64,000 bases of DNA from Octopus vulgaris (Eukaryota). Positions within the stretch are counted from its first letter, which is position 1, and each line of letters opens with the position of its first letter. The stretch lies in contig OX597817.1 of assembly GCA_951406725.2 (NCBI GenBank), positions 78,616,001 to 78,680,000 of the forward strand, written 5' to 3'. Made by a program: the position numbers and the translations under genes. The notes under the pieces are model-generated. The model was not told the DNA's origin and did no database searches. It saw nothing but the letters and a program-made list of their open reading frames with translations. Of this stretch, positions 1 to 13,042 are shown one piece after another.

Positions 1-40
1 CATATATATATATTTATATATATTCATTTATATATACATG

Positions 41-195
41 ATGGGCTTCTTTCAGTTTCTGTCTACCAAATCCACTTACAAGGCTTTTGTTGGACCAAGG
101 CTATACTAGAAGACACTTTCCCAATTTACTATGCAGTGAGACTGAACCTAGAGTCATGTGGTTGGAGAGCAAGCTTCTTACCACGCAGCCATGAC
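41..195 (-). mobile_element. tRNA-derived SINE family A, 5' head
   Basis: Reverse complement reads GGCTGCGTGGTAAGAAGCTTGC...GGTTCAGTCTCACTGC...GGATTTGGTAGACAGAAACTGAAAGAAGCCC, with A-box/B-box-like motifs; the same head recurs more than 10 times in the window. Confidence 0.85.
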
Positions 196-705
196 TAAAC
201 AAAATATTTTAACATCATCATCATCATCGTCGTTTAGCGTTCGTTTTCCATGCTAGCATGGGTTGGACCATTGCTCTGCTATGAACATATTTTTATATGA
301 TTAGGAAAATGCCATATAAATATCAAATGGCTATGGGTGTCCAGGAGAATAAAAGAGAAATCAAAGAGGGGTCTTGAGCAAAAAGGGATCAAGAGCCTAC
401 ACAATTCTCTACAACTTTTGTCTACTCAGTTTCACTCACATGGTATGAATCAACTCAGAATATAATGACATATACCAATGATGGCATGCAGTAGGATTGA
501 ACCTGTGACCTCTTGGTTGTGAAGCAAACTTCTTCACCATTTCACCATGCTAAACTTAGAATCATGTCTCTAGAAGAAGACTACCATCTATGGGATTAGT
601 CAATAAACACCAGAGATAAAGGATTAGCCAGACAACAAAGTGTAAGTGGCATCTCCTTGGCTGATATTCTGTTTGCATTGAGGATCATATTCTTGGTAAT
701 GCTTT

Positions 706-1076
706 TTGATTGCTATGATGATGTTTACTATGATGATGACGATGACGACGACGACGACGATGATGATGATGATAGCGATGACGACGACGACGACTGTGAT
801 GACAATGATGATGGCAAAAGTGATGGTGATTATGACAAAGATGATGATAATGGTGGTGAAAATTATGGCAGCGCAGATACTGGCGATACAATGATGATGG
901 TGATTAAATTTATGTCCATGGTCATGATGACTATGATGGTCATGATGACAATGAGGAGGACGAAGACGACGATGGCAATGATGATGGCGATGATGCTAAC
1001 AGCAATAACAATGTCAACTTCAATGCTGATGATAATAATGTTGATGATGACCATGACAACGACGACGATGATGATA

Positions 1077-1115
<39 letters not shown>
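706..1115. repeat. (GAT/GAC)n imperfect trinucleotide microsatellite
   Basis: Directly visible; source of the poly-D/poly-M ORFs. Confidence 0.95.
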
Positions 1116-1117
<2 letters not shown>

Positions 1118-1259
1118 AATCCCCAAATGATCCACATGATTGATGCTCTCTTACTTTATACTAGATTTTTTTTATGTATCTGTGACATTGGAGTGACAGC
1201 TATCATGTGAGAATTTCAGCAGGTTAATAGGTGAAAAGAATAAATACATAAATAAAAAG

Positions 1260-1260
<1 letters not shown>

Positions 1261-1297
<37 letters not shown>

Positions 1298-1322
1298 GTA
1301 TATATGTATATATGTATGTGTG

Positions 1323-1361
<39 letters not shown>

Positions 1362-2093
1362 ATATGCACATAATGTTATTTGCTAGAGATATGCTTATCT
1401 CCATATATGTATGTGTTTATGCAACATGGCAGGTAGGTTTGCTATACATACATATCTACATGTCTTTTCCTAAATATAAGAATATTCGTACATACATACA
1501 TTCATGCATATATACTTACATATTTATATATATACATATATATATATATCTATACACATACACATATTCACATAGTTACACACACACACACACACACATA
1601 TATTTACACTCACACATGTATATGTATGCATATATTCACATACACGCAAATACTCAAACATTTTAATATCTAATTACATGTAATATATACTTGTATAACA
1701 TAGTTATAGATATGTGTGTGTATATGTGCCGGAATGTATGTATAAATCATGCCTGTTTATATGTATTACAAATAAGTGTATAATATATTTGTGATATATA
1801 TACACTCAGTGTGCATGAGACTGAATGGATTTGTGTGTATGCATGTATATGTGTATGTGCATGTACATATGCATGTGCATATGTACATGTCATAAGCATA
1901 TGTATAGATATATTCTTATATATACAAATGTAAATTCCAAGAAATCTATAATTTAGTTTTCAAATATATACATAAATATCTAAGCATGTAAATATATGTA
2001 TATGCTTATGTATTAACATACTTATATATGATTATACTCTTGCTTCATATACATACCTACATATATATATATGTATATATGTATGTATATATG

Positions 2094-2142
<49 letters not shown>

Positions 2143-2175
2143 GTATATATATGTGTGTGTATATATATATATACA

Positions 2176-2209
<34 letters not shown>

Positions 2210-2381
2210 CACATATATGAATACATACATGTGTAAATATATATATATATATATATACATACATATATATATTTATATATTTATGTATATTTATGTGTAT
2301 ATATATTTATATATTTATGTGTGTGTATATATATATCTTTATATAGGTATGTATATTTATGAGTATATATATTTATATATT

Positions 2382-2430
<49 letters not shown>
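1261..2430. repeat. (TA)n/(TG)n/(CA)n compound microsatellite field
   Basis: Directly visible alternating purine-pyrimidine repeats. Confidence 0.9.
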
Positions 2431-2431
<1 letters not shown>

Positions 2432-3068
2432 CATACTCATACATATGCACTTCTATGCAAACACATACACATGTGCACACATGTACAGACATATATCATT
2501 TGTTTTTGTCTGGAATTTTCATATTGTTGTTGAAAACATCTCAGGTTTAAGTTGTATGTTTGTTTATATTTTATTTCATCACAAACCTTAATATTTAGTT
2601 TTCATCTTCTGCAAACTCTACTTATATTTTATTGTATTTTTATTTTATTACAATCATATTCTATATTTTAGTCTATTCCTGCTATCAAATCACATTTATT
2701 TATTTATTGAACATACAGTCATATATATGTATTTATACATATAATATAGATTCACACATACACACACATGCACACGCACACACATATTATATTTGTATAT
2801 ATATTCATTTGTTTCTTATGTTTAATATTTATAATTTTTACTATTGTTTGTTCATTTTTTTATTATTACAATCATTATTGTTGTTGTTGTTGTTGTTAAA
2901 TCAATTTCTGATCGCTGTACATACATTGTGAGAAGTGAATCACTAAAGCTACAGAGACTCATACATGCGTACATACGTGTAAATACACACCATTCATATG
3001 CATGCATGTACGTACGCATGTGATAGCTAACGGGCAAATGGCCTTTTATCTCTTTTCCTCACTTTTTA

Positions 3069-3130
<62 letters not shown>

Positions 3131-3386
3131 ATTGTCGTAGTTGTTATTTTGTGTTTTATATGTTTTTGTTTCCTAGTTGTTCCCTTCCCCATCAATATCA
3201 CATGGGACACTGCCTAAAAGTGAATACCAAAACTTCTGTGAAACTAATATGTTCCTAATCAAAATGAAATTGTAATCTAACAAAACTTTCCATTGACTTG
3301 CTGTCTAGTTTCTTGGTTGGTGTTTAGCCAATGGTCAACCTTAGCAGTCTAGATTCATAACCAAAAGCATTCCAGCTACCAACAAG

Positions 3387-3431
<45 letters not shown>

Positions 3432-3498
3432 TGAGTGTAAGTGGTCTAAGAGTCTATAAGCCAAGAAAAAATGCACTCATATATCAATAGAGTGGGTA

Positions 3499-3900
3499 TA
3501 TTATCTGAAGTGTAGAGTATTATATATCTATCACAGCTGATCTTACTAACCAGTTTTGTGCTAGGAATTCAGCAGAGTATTAGGTAACAATTCGATTATG
3601 TAACCCTATGCTCATCAGAGGTAGCTGATATGGAATGAAAAATAGTGACTGCTCTCTATTGTTGGAGATGAATGATAGACACATCTGGTTTGCAGTTGCT
3701 GTGAAAAGGATGCACAAACTGGATGTGTCTATTCCCCTCCAACAACAGAGAGCAGTCTCATTTTTCATTTCAGTTACCTCTGATGAGAATAGGGTTACAT
3801 AATTGGATTGTTACCTAACACCCCATTGAATCTCTAGCACAAAGCCAATTGGTAATATCAGCCATAAAGAATATATAATACTGTACGTTTTAGATAATAT
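3499..3900. mobile_element. Palindromic foldback MITE
   Basis: Imperfect inverted arms of ~195 bp (ATATTATCTGAAGTGTAG.../...TACGTTTTAGATAATAT) around a ~16-bp spacer, TA-flanked. Confidence 0.8.
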
Positions 3901-4059
3901 ATATATGCATATATTTGTATGTCATTTTTCATACATATTGTGTTTATAAATTTATCTGCCAGTTAGTCCTTTTATTAATTTGGTAAAGACATCACTTCCT
4001 ATTTTAGAGGTTCAATCAGTCTCATAGAAAAGTCCTTTAGTTTCATCAATGAATGACAG

Positions 4060-5200
4060 GATTGGTCATTGGCTGGTTGTTTGGTTGGTTGGTTGGTTGG
4101 TTTATTCATTGCCTGGTTGTTTGGTTGGATGGTTTATTCATTGGTTCATTGTTTGGTCGGTTGGTTTGCCCATTGGCTTGTTCTTTGGCTGGCTAGTTTA
4201 TTCACTGGCTGGTTATTTAATTGGCTGGATTGTCCATTAGCTGCTTATTTGGTTAGCTGGTTTGTTCATTGACTGGTTGCTTGGTTTGTTGGTTTGTCCA
4301 TTGCCTAGTTATTTGGTTGGCTGGTTTGTCCATTGCCTGGCTATTTGGTTGACTGGTTTATTCATTGGCTGGTTGTTTGGTTGGCTTGTTTGTCCATTGT
4401 CTGGTTTTGGGGTTGGCTGGTTTGTCCATTGCCTAGTTGTTTGGTTGGCTGGTTTGTCCATTGCCTAGTTGTTTGGTTGGCTGGTTTGTCCATTGCCTAG
4501 TTGTTTGGTTGGCTGGTTTGTCCATTGCCTAGTTGTTTGGTTGGCTGGTTTGTCCATTGCCTAGTTGTTTGGTTGGCTGGTTTGTCCATTGCCTAGTTGT
4601 TTGGTTGGCTGGTTTGTCCATTGCCTAGTTGTTTGGTTGGCTGGTTTGTCCATTGCCTAGTTGTTTGGTTGGCTGGTTTGTCCATTGCCTAGTTGTTTGG
4701 TTGGCTGGTTTGTCCATTGCCTAGTTGTTTGGTTGGCTGGTTTGTCCATTGCCTAGTTGTTTGGTTGGCTTGTTTGTCCATTGCCTAGTTATTTGGTTGG
4801 CTGGTTTGTCCATTGGCTGGTTGTTTGGTTGGCTTGTTTGTCCATTGCCTGGTTGTTTGGTTGACTGGTTTGTTCATTGGCTGGTTGTTTGGCTGGCTGG
4901 TTTGTCCATTGAGTTTTTGACTAGTTGATTGATTAGCTTGTTTATTGTCTGCTTGCTTGGTTGAGTGGATGGTTGGCTGATTCATTATTTGAATGGTTGC
5001 TTAATCAGTTAGTCAGTTGGCTAAATGATCATTTTATTGGTTAGCTAGATGGTTAGTTGATTGTTTTGTTTGTTTGTCCCATTCTTTAGTTGATGGATTG
5101 GCTGGCTAATTGTTTCGTTGGTCAGTTAGTTCATTATTTGTCAGGCTGGCTAGTTGGTTAATTGGCTTGTTGTCTAGATGGTCAGTTAGCAAGCTGAGTA
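4060..5200. repeat. 32-bp minisatellite (TTGCCTAGTTGTTTGGTTGGCTGGTTTGTCCA)n with degenerate (TTGG)n-like flanks
   Basis: About ten identical units at ~4410-4770, diverging outward. Confidence 0.95.
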
Positions 5201-5539
5201 TGGCTATTTGATCCAACAACTAACTAAATATTTATGTAATACATTGTTTGTCATGTGGTTAGCTTCTTGATTAAAGACTGGTTGTTTCAGTTGCAGGATG
5301 ATCGGATAAAAAATTGGAAGGTGATTTGCTGCATTGGTCACTTGATGGTTAATTAATTGATTAAATAGGCGAAATTAGTCAGTTATTGATAAAGACATCT
5401 GCTACATCTTTTTCAAAGGAGTATGTAAATTAAAATTACCATACCCTTGCATAGCATAGTGATATATAGGGAGGTAGAGAGTGAGTGTAGGGAAACCATA
5501 CAGCTGACCATCTCAACATAGGCTATATATATATATATA

Positions 5540-6060
5540 GGGCAGGTCAAAAGTCACACACCATGATTGAAACTAATTTAATATAGACACAAATAAGATG
5601 ATGATTCATTTTCGAACACAGAGATGACATTAGAACAGCAGAAACATTGGGTAAATTACTCTTCCAGAGCAGAAAAATTTGTCAACAAATAGTCATGGGA
5701 CTCAAACTCATATCTCTTGAAGACTCCAGCCTAATGCTTTATCATTAAGCTAAACTGCCCGCTAACAAATCAATCTGCTTTTTTAAGAATCTTTTAAAGC
5801 TAAATGTGCGACCGACCACGTGGATATAAATATACAAACTAACAATAGTTTTTTTCTTTTTTAATAAGTACCAAAATATGTATATAGATACAAATAAGAT
5901 TGTAATTTATTTTTGAATGCAGAGACACTGTTAGAACAACAGAATCATTGAGTAAATTACCCTTACAAAATGGAAAAATTTGTCAAGAAACAGCCATGGA
6001 TCTTGAACACATATCTCGTGAAAATTCTGGCCCAGTGCTTCACCGTTATGCTAAACTGCA
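5540..6060 (-). mobile_element. Two tandem degenerate copies of the tRNA-cloverleaf-carrying element (family E)
   Basis: Both carry the reverse complement of GCAGTTTAGC...AAGCA...GGAGTCTTCAAG...GTTNGAGTCCCATG; homologous to 47859-48092 and 48540-48720. Confidence 0.65.
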
Positions 6061-6064
6061 TACC

Positions 6065-6260
6065 AAAAATTGTTAGCACACCAGGCAAAATGTTTAGCAG
6101 TATTTCATCTGTCTTTATATTGAGTTCAAATTCTGTTGCGGTTGACCTTGCCTTTCATCATTTTGGGGTCGATAAAATAAGTACCAGCCGAACACTGGGT
6201 ATCTTGTAATCAACATATTCCCTCCCACAGAATTACTGGCCTTGTGCCAAAATTTGAAAT
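6065..6260 (+). mobile_element. tRNA-derived SINE family D
   Basis: GAGTTCAAATTC B-box followed by GCCTTTCATCNTTTTGGGGTCGATAAAATAAGTACCAG core, resembling the Meta-SINE central domain (from recall, not a database search). Confidence 0.75.
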
Positions 6261-6519
6261 TAATATTTATTGCATGTTTCAAAAGCAACCCTTCATATTT
6301 AATTACAAAGCAGAGAAACAAAGAAACTATAGGCATTGGAGTGGCTGCGTGGTAAGTAGCTTGCTTACCAACCACATGGTTCTGGGTTCAGTCCCACTGC
6401 TTGGCACCTTGGGCAAGTGTCTTCTACTATAGCCTCAGGCTGACCACAGGTTTGTGAGTGGATTTGGTAGACAGAAACTGAAAGAAGCTCGTCGTATATA
6501 TATATATATATATATATAT

Positions 6520-6650
6520 GTTTAGGACTTTGAGCTGGTATCACCAAGCTTTTGGCAAAATTTGATGCAGATTCTCTGCTCAACTTTCTCTGTCATGGTC
6601 AATATGACGATGACACAGTGCACATCTTCCTTCCAAGCACTGCTGTGTGA
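6520..6650 (-). mobile_element. Mariner transposase 5' fragment
   Basis: Minus strand encodes QRICIKFCQKLGD, typical of a mariner N-terminus. Confidence 0.55.
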
Positions 6651-6654
6651 TACT

Positions 6655-7092
6655 GGTAGCACACCACTGTTGCCTGTGCTAGTGATATGTAAAAGCACCC
6701 ATTACACTGTCAGAGTAGTTGGTGTTAGGAAGGTCATCCAGCCACAGAAACCATTCCAAATCAGATGGGAATCTGATGCAGCCCCTCAGCTTACCAGCTC
6801 TGGTCAAACCATCCAACCCATGCCGGCATGGACAGCAGATGTTAAATGATGATGATGATATATATGTATGTATATATATATATATATATATATGTGCAGG
6901 TGGCACGTAAAAAGCACCCACTACACTCACGGAGTGGTTGGCGTTAGGAAGGGCATCCAGCTGTAGAAACACTGCCAGATAAGACTGGAGCCTGGTGCAG
7001 CCTTCTGGCTTCCCAGATCCCCGGTCGAACCGTCCAACCCATGCTAGCATGGAGAACGGACGTTAAACGATGATGATGATGATGATGATGAT
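6655..7092 (+). mobile_element. Two tandem RTE-type 3' tails (family C) ending in (GAT)n
   Basis: GGTGGCACGTAAAAAGCACCCACTACAC...CCAACCCATGCTAGCATGG...GACGTTAAACGATGATGAT; the 16172-16580 copy links this tail to an RTE-like ORF end. Confidence 0.8.
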
Positions 7093-7399
7093 ATATATAT
7101 ATATGTATATATGTGTGTGTATATGCTTGTGTGTCTGTTTGTCCCCCCAACATTGCTTGACAACCGATGCAGGTGTGTTTACATCTCTGTAACTTTGGCC
7201 AAAGAGACTGATAGAATAAGTACTAGGCTTACAAAGAATAAGTCCTGGGGTCGATTTGCTCACCTAAAAGTGGTGCTTCAGCATGGCCACAGTCAAATGC
7301 CTGAAACAAGTAAATGAATAAAAGAGAGTAAAAGAGTAAATTAGAAAATGTCAACAGTATGATCCCTAGTGTTCAAAATTGTCATCATCTGTAGCTTTT

Positions 7400-7720
7400 A
7401 TTATTCATCACATTGTTGTATGATGAACACAAATTTCCGGAGGTGACCGTCACACTGATTTCTTTGGACTTTTTTCAAGCTTATTTATGACCAATGCATG
7501 TGTCTCATTTAATACCACAGAGTGGTCACTTTGGTGTTTGTCATGCACACTGCCTGTTGTTTGAAATTTTTGGACTAATTGATATGGCTTCTCCATGATG
7601 CTTTTGGTTCAAAGTGTCAGCAATGGTTTTATTGGTTGCACCATCATGACTAGACAGAAAAATAATTGCAATATGCTCTGGAATTATGAAAGATATGTTC
7701 TAATTTTTCTAAAATTTTCT
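7400..7720 (-). mobile_element. Tc1/mariner-superfamily transposase N-terminal remnant
   Basis: Minus strand gives GATNKTIADTLNQKH and LVQKFQTTGSVHDK (HTH followed by KF.ETGSV.D type motif), frameshifted. Confidence 0.45.
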
Positions 7721-7830
7721 AAAATAAACAAAATAATGATGAATACACACATACTTGTGCAGGAGGAAAAAATATTTAATTAATTAATTAATTAATTAAT
7801 TAATTAATAATAATAATAATAATAATAATG

Positions 7831-7862
<32 letters not shown>

Positions 7863-7879
7863 AATAATAACAACAATGA

Positions 7880-8435
7880 TGCAGTCCCAGGCAGTGGCTC
7901 TCGTGGCTTCTGATCTTAGCTGATTGAAAGTATTATCATGTACATTGTTTTGTCTTGGTATAAAAGATGGGCTACAGCAAATATTCTGCTCAATACTACA
8001 GATTTGCTTGTTAGTTGTTTGACCTTAACCAGTTGAACATGTCCCTTAGTGGCTGACGATATGCGCATATCTGATCATGTGCAGAAGTAGTGGAGGAGCA
8101 TCACAGCCGTGTGTTGAAAGGAATTCTTTGAGGTTTGGATAATTCACCTTTGGAAACATGGGTGTTTTGTTAACATCCTTAAACAATCCTTATTCAGGGA
8201 CCTTTTGAGTGGGATGGGCTACTCACCAGGAGAAAATTCTAACTGGGCCCCACCTGCAAGGTCATGCACTGTTTATCTTGATATGAGATCACCATGTCGT
8301 GCACATATGGTTGTGATGAATGTGCCTGGTGTACCCTTATCAGACAGGTAGTCATGATGGGTACACTGGGCTTCGTATATTTTACCCCAGTGTCACCTTG
8401 ATGGCATGCACTGCTCTCTCACTCAATAATAATAA
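7880..8435 (+). mobile_element. Non-coding retroelement inserted in (TAA)n
   Basis: Flanked by (TAA)n on both sides, ends CTCTCTCACTCAATAATAATAA; partial inverted copy at ~60345-60465. Confidence 0.65.
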
Positions 8436-8919
8436 TAACATAATATAAAAATAAAATGTCAAATGTTTTGGTGTGTGATTTATGATCCACCCAATATGTA
8501 GGAATTTACTATACTAAATGTCAGATACACAACAGAAATACCCAATAATTCTTGACTTCCATTTTAAAGGCATTTGAAATGGAAATCATAGGGGTTTCCA
8601 GTACGTATTGCATCCAGAATCTTGTCAGTCAGTGTGTTCTTTTTTCTCAGTTGGTATAAGCTTGGTCAAGTGATCTTGTATAGGATCCGACATGGGTGAA
8701 TCAACTGAGCCCTCTTTCCCCATTAGTGGACATCTGTTGTTTCTCACTGGGAGAGTGTGGTTAGGTGATTGGCTGAGAGATAGGATAATTGCTGTCAGTT
8801 TGACGGGTGCTTGGTAAATTTAATCAAATACTACAAACTTAATTGATTCAGTAGTCACCTGGATGGTTGTCAGCAGTTGAGTGAATGGCTGTTTCAAAAG
8901 AAAAATGAACAAAGGTCCT

Positions 8920-9140
8920 TCCTGAGCCATAGCTCATAAGGCCAGTCTCCTGGGTTCTGAAGTGTATATATTCCCTACTGGACAGAATGCCAGTCCATTG
9001 CAGGATTACTGTTAAATAAAATGGAGTAACATTAAAAGAAATATTTTGCTCAAGAAGACAACGCCTCACTTAGTCCAAGAATTGAAACCACAATCTTACA
9101 TTCATGAGTGCAACACCTTTGCCACTAAGCCATGTGCCTC
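8920..9140 (-). mobile_element. SINE family B (degenerate)
   Basis: Matches the family B copy at 49621-49880. Confidence 0.75.
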
Positions 9141-9164
9141 TATTGAATGGGTATTTAAAACTGA

Positions 9165-9575
9165 TCGTTGCCAAAGCAGCTAACTGGCTTCGGTGCTGGT
9201 AGCACGTAGAAAGCACCATTCAAGCGTGATCATTACCAATGTTGCCTTACTGGCACTCATGCCGGTGGCACATGAAGAAACATTCAAGCAAGGTCGTTGC
9301 CAGTGCTGCTGGACTGGCTCCTGTGCAGGTGGCATGTAAAAAACACCATTTGAACGTGGCCATTGCCAGTACCGCCAGACTGACCCTCGTGCCGGTGGCA
9401 CATAAAAGCACCCACTACACTCTCAGAGTGGTTGGCATTAGGAAGGGCATCCAGCTGTAGAAACTCTCCCAGATCAAGATTGGAGCCTGGTGTAGTCATC
9501 TGATTCGCCAGTCCTCGGTCATATCGTCCAACCTATGCTAGCTTGGAAAACGGACGTTAAATGATGATGATGATA
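9165..9575 (+). mobile_element. RTE-type 3' tail (family C) with internal tandem subrepeats
   Basis: Four GCCGGTGGCACGTAAAAAGCACC-like units, then the family C tail and (GAT)n. Confidence 0.8.
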
Positions 9576-9908
9576 TGCATACATGTAAGCACACTCACAC
9601 ACATACGCATTCATGCATGCAATTAACGAATGTAAGACTACAATTACATATATTATAACTTGTGAAATATTTAGCGTAATATCAGAGAAATGAGTTAAAG
9701 ATTGTTTGGTATGTATCACAGTGCCTTTTTTTATGGGCTCACACTCTCACTCACTCTTAGAAGTTCACTATGCTACTCTTGACAGCAATGAGTATCAACC
9801 AAGTGCTGGAACACTTCTTTCTCCATCTCTGGCTGTCACATCTTGAATATTCTACTGGATCAAACGGGTACAGACTAAGAATGAATGAATTCATTGGCTC
9901 ACGCTCAC

Positions 9909-10110
9909 ATATGAGAGTGCTGAAAATTTCCTGGTTTTAAGGGTATCACAAAAGGACTGACTGGAAGCCCAACATTCTGAGTTCTTGAAGGACCACTGCA
10001 ATAAGTTTGTGAATCTAAGAGAGGAATATATTGCATAAAATCATAATTAACTGAATCTTCTGGGTTTTTTTTTTCACCCAAAGCCAAGAACTTTCTAGCA
10101 CCTCCTCGTA
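9909..10110 (+). mobile_element. Mariner-derived MITE
   Basis: TIR GAG..GTGCTGAAAA.TTCCTGG.TTT / AAAGCCAAGAACTTTCTAGCACCTCCTCG, TA flanks; same family as 28846-29271. Confidence 0.75.
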
Positions 10111-10517
10111 GGTATCTAAAACAACTAGTGTTACTATAGTGACTTCTACCAAGTCAGTTTCAATTTCTTAATTCTTTACCACAGACCAGCACAACAAATA
10201 AATAACAAATAATGCAAAGTGGAACAATAGCTTTGTTCTTTCTCTACAGACACAAAAACTACCTGAAAGACTCATGTAATATTGTAGATATTTTTAACTT
10301 ATTCATTATGTATTTTTATTATATACTCTTTCCATATTCTTCATTTCCTCATTCTCCTTATTTTTAACCATCCACATAAATCCCAAGATATTTTACCAAA
10401 GTGATTTCTTTACTTCCATTAAGAATACTTTCAGAAAATTTATTTATATTAAAATATTGAAGTGGGGGGAAAATAAAAAATCTTTCCTGTTAAAACAACA
10501 ATTGAAACAGGATATTC

Positions 10518-10561
<44 letters not shown>

Positions 10562-10689
10562 TAAAAGAAATAAACTAATGATAACAGTAACTACAATAAT
10601 CTTTTCTTTGGATGATGATGATGATGATGACAACGACGACGGCGGCGCCAATGATGATGATGATGAAAATGATAACAGTAATGATAATG

Positions 10690-10751
<62 letters not shown>

Positions 10752-11099
10752 GCATGAATGTAATAAAATAAGCAAATATATAACTGAATACTTCCATATT
10801 CAACCCAGAATAAATTCCATAACTACTGGCATTGGTGATTAGATTAAGATGAAGGAAGGAAGAAGCATTTCATCATCTTTTAACAAGGGTTTAATTCTTT
10901 CATTCTCTCAATGTTTTGTGCATGTAAGAGTGGTGTTGGTAGGGTAGGATGTAGAGGATTGGTTATTATGTGAATGTATGTATGCAAATGCATATATATA
11001 TATAGATAGAGAGATAGATATACATACACACATGTATATACCAAATATAAGATATCTATAAATTTGCGTATGTGTGTGTGTATAGATATATATATACAT

Positions 11100-11325
11100 A
11101 TAGGCATATAGTTCAGTGGTTTGTCAGACTCGTAATCAATAGGGAGTGAGTTCAATTCCAGACCAGGCTGTGTATTGTGTTTTTTGAGCAAGACACTTTA
11201 TTTCACATTGCAACATGAAGTAAAGTATCTTGCTCAAGAAAACAACACGCATCCCGGTCTGGGAATCGAACTCACTACCTCATGACTGTGAGCTCAATGC
11301 TCTAACCACTGATTCATGCACCTTC
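11100..11325. mobile_element. Inverted pair of truncated family B-like SINE heads
   Basis: Plus copy ~11100-11212 followed directly by minus copy ~11213-11325. Confidence 0.65.
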
Positions 11326-12089
11326 GCTATTAGTTGGTGTTCGTAGATGAAAATCCAGCTCTATCCAAAGCCCAAAGATATTTATAAAGAGAGTGGTAAC
11401 CTGATTTAATCCTCTATGGAATCTAAATCAGTGTTTCTGAACTATTTTCATCCCACATTCCACTCAATTTTTCCCACAAAGCAGACATTCTATTTTGAAT
11501 GGACAAAGTAAATAGCAGATATACAGTGTACCTGTAAAGTTTACTTCACTTACCTGACTGGAATCGACCAAATGTGTGTGTAGGGCAATAGATTGAAGTC
11601 ACATCAAACTACCCCAAACTGTATGTAAACTTAATGAGTTGGTCTCTTATTCAACATGGATATGAAATGTGTAGTGTTGCAAGTTACATCAATAAACAGT
11701 TTTGAAACCCCACCATGATTTTTATGAACACACTGTATATTCAAAAGAAATTTTAATAAAAGTATTTCGTTTTTGGATTTGGTTTGCAAGATTCTTTATA
11801 TGAGTTTGTGTGTTGAAGCATATTTACCGGTGAGTGTGTTACATTATAAGGCACAAAAAGAAAATGACTCTCCCCAGACACAACAGAATATTAATAAAAG
11901 TGTTATTCCAAGTTTTATTCACGTGTTATTTACACTCCATTCTGACGGAACATCAACCAACAGAAATATTGCCAAGCTCCACTTGTTGGGTGAGTGCCTC
12001 ATCTTCAGAAATGTTCACTCAGATGTTAGAATCTTCCACTATCATAACTAGGAGCTTCTTGATGGTAACTAAACAGCATTTACAAACTA

Positions 12090-12225
12090 ACAGATATGAC
12101 AGAGACCAGATATGATTGTCCTGAACAAAAAAGTGCAAGATCATTGACACTGCAGTACCATGTTATTAGGAGAGTTGATATTAAAAAAATACTGAGAAAA
12201 AATTGAGAAATACCAGGACCTAGCT
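12090..12225 (+). mobile_element. R4/Dong-type LINE restriction-like endonuclease fragment
   Basis: With frameshifts: RPDMIVLNKK, CKIIDTAVPC, KIEKYQDL (PD..D..K RLE motif). Confidence 0.65.
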
Positions 12226-12282
12226 GCTAAGCATTTTGTCTGGCGTTCTAATGATTCTGCCAGATATAAAAAAAAAAAAAAT

Positions 12283-12535
12283 AAATGTGCCCTTTTCAAA
12301 GCCTAGCCAGGCTCATGGGCCTGGTTTCCCAGTTTCTATAGCATATGTGTTCCCCAGCTGGACGGGACGCCAGTCCATCACAGAGTTGCTCATTTTTGCC
12401 AGCTGAGTGAACTGGAGTAATGTGAAATGAAGTGTTTTGCTGAAGAACACAATGTGTCGCCCAGTCCAGGAATCGAAACCATAATCTTACGATCATGATG
12501 CTGACACCCTAACCACTAGGACACGTGCTTCCACT
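12283..12535 (-). mobile_element. SINE family B, near full length
   Basis: tRNA-like head (TAGTGGTTAGGG...GTTTCGATTCC), body and AAAAGGGCACATTTATTT tail. Confidence 0.85.
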
Positions 12536-12544
12536 CTGCCAGAC

Positions 12545-12620
<76 letters not shown>

Positions 12621-13042
12621 AATGGGGGATAGAGAGAAGCAAGATGTGGTATGAGCACAAACGGCAGTGAGTTGAAATGAAGTGCTTTAGTCAAGAACAC
12701 AATGCACCATCCAGTCCAGGAAATGCAACCACAATTTTATGTTCAAGAGTGCAACATCCTAACTGCTTAGCCACATGTATCCATGTATAGAGGTTGTCAT
12801 GATGACAAATGTAATAATGGCCATAAGTTTCCAGATTGTTGAAAGGCAAAGTAATAAAAGATACAAACAAAGTGGAAGCTAATGAAAGATTTACCTGGAA
12901 AAAATAAATATGTAAATATATAAGTAAGAGCACATTAATAAAACAGATAATATTAAACAATGATAACAATAGAAAATAATAACATAACAAAAAGGAAATG
13001 ATCACGAAATACTGATGCAGGAGATTATGACAAATGTTGGGT

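Larger units (their letters stand above)
6336..7330 (+). mobile_element. SINE family A split at its internal microsatellite by nested insertions
   Basis: Head 6336-6496 and tail ~7100-7330 match the uninterrupted copy at 34269-34710. Confidence 0.85.

Noticed and set aside
657-1137. 157-aa Asp/Met-rich ORF and similar poly-YI, poly-H, poly-K, poly-L ORFs throughout the track
   Set aside because: Translations of microsatellites, open in several frames, with no domain or splice evidence
3606-3800. CTGATGA boxes in the arms of the 3499-3900 palindrome
   Set aside because: No stem II/GAAA/NUH follows, so not a hammerhead
4410-4790. Regular 32-bp repeats as a CRISPR array
   Set aside because: Head-to-tail with no unique spacers, eukaryotic context, no cas genes
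8570-8900. Possible Penelope RT/endonuclease remnant on the minus strand (IKFTK...)
   Set aside because: Too degenerate to support by eye
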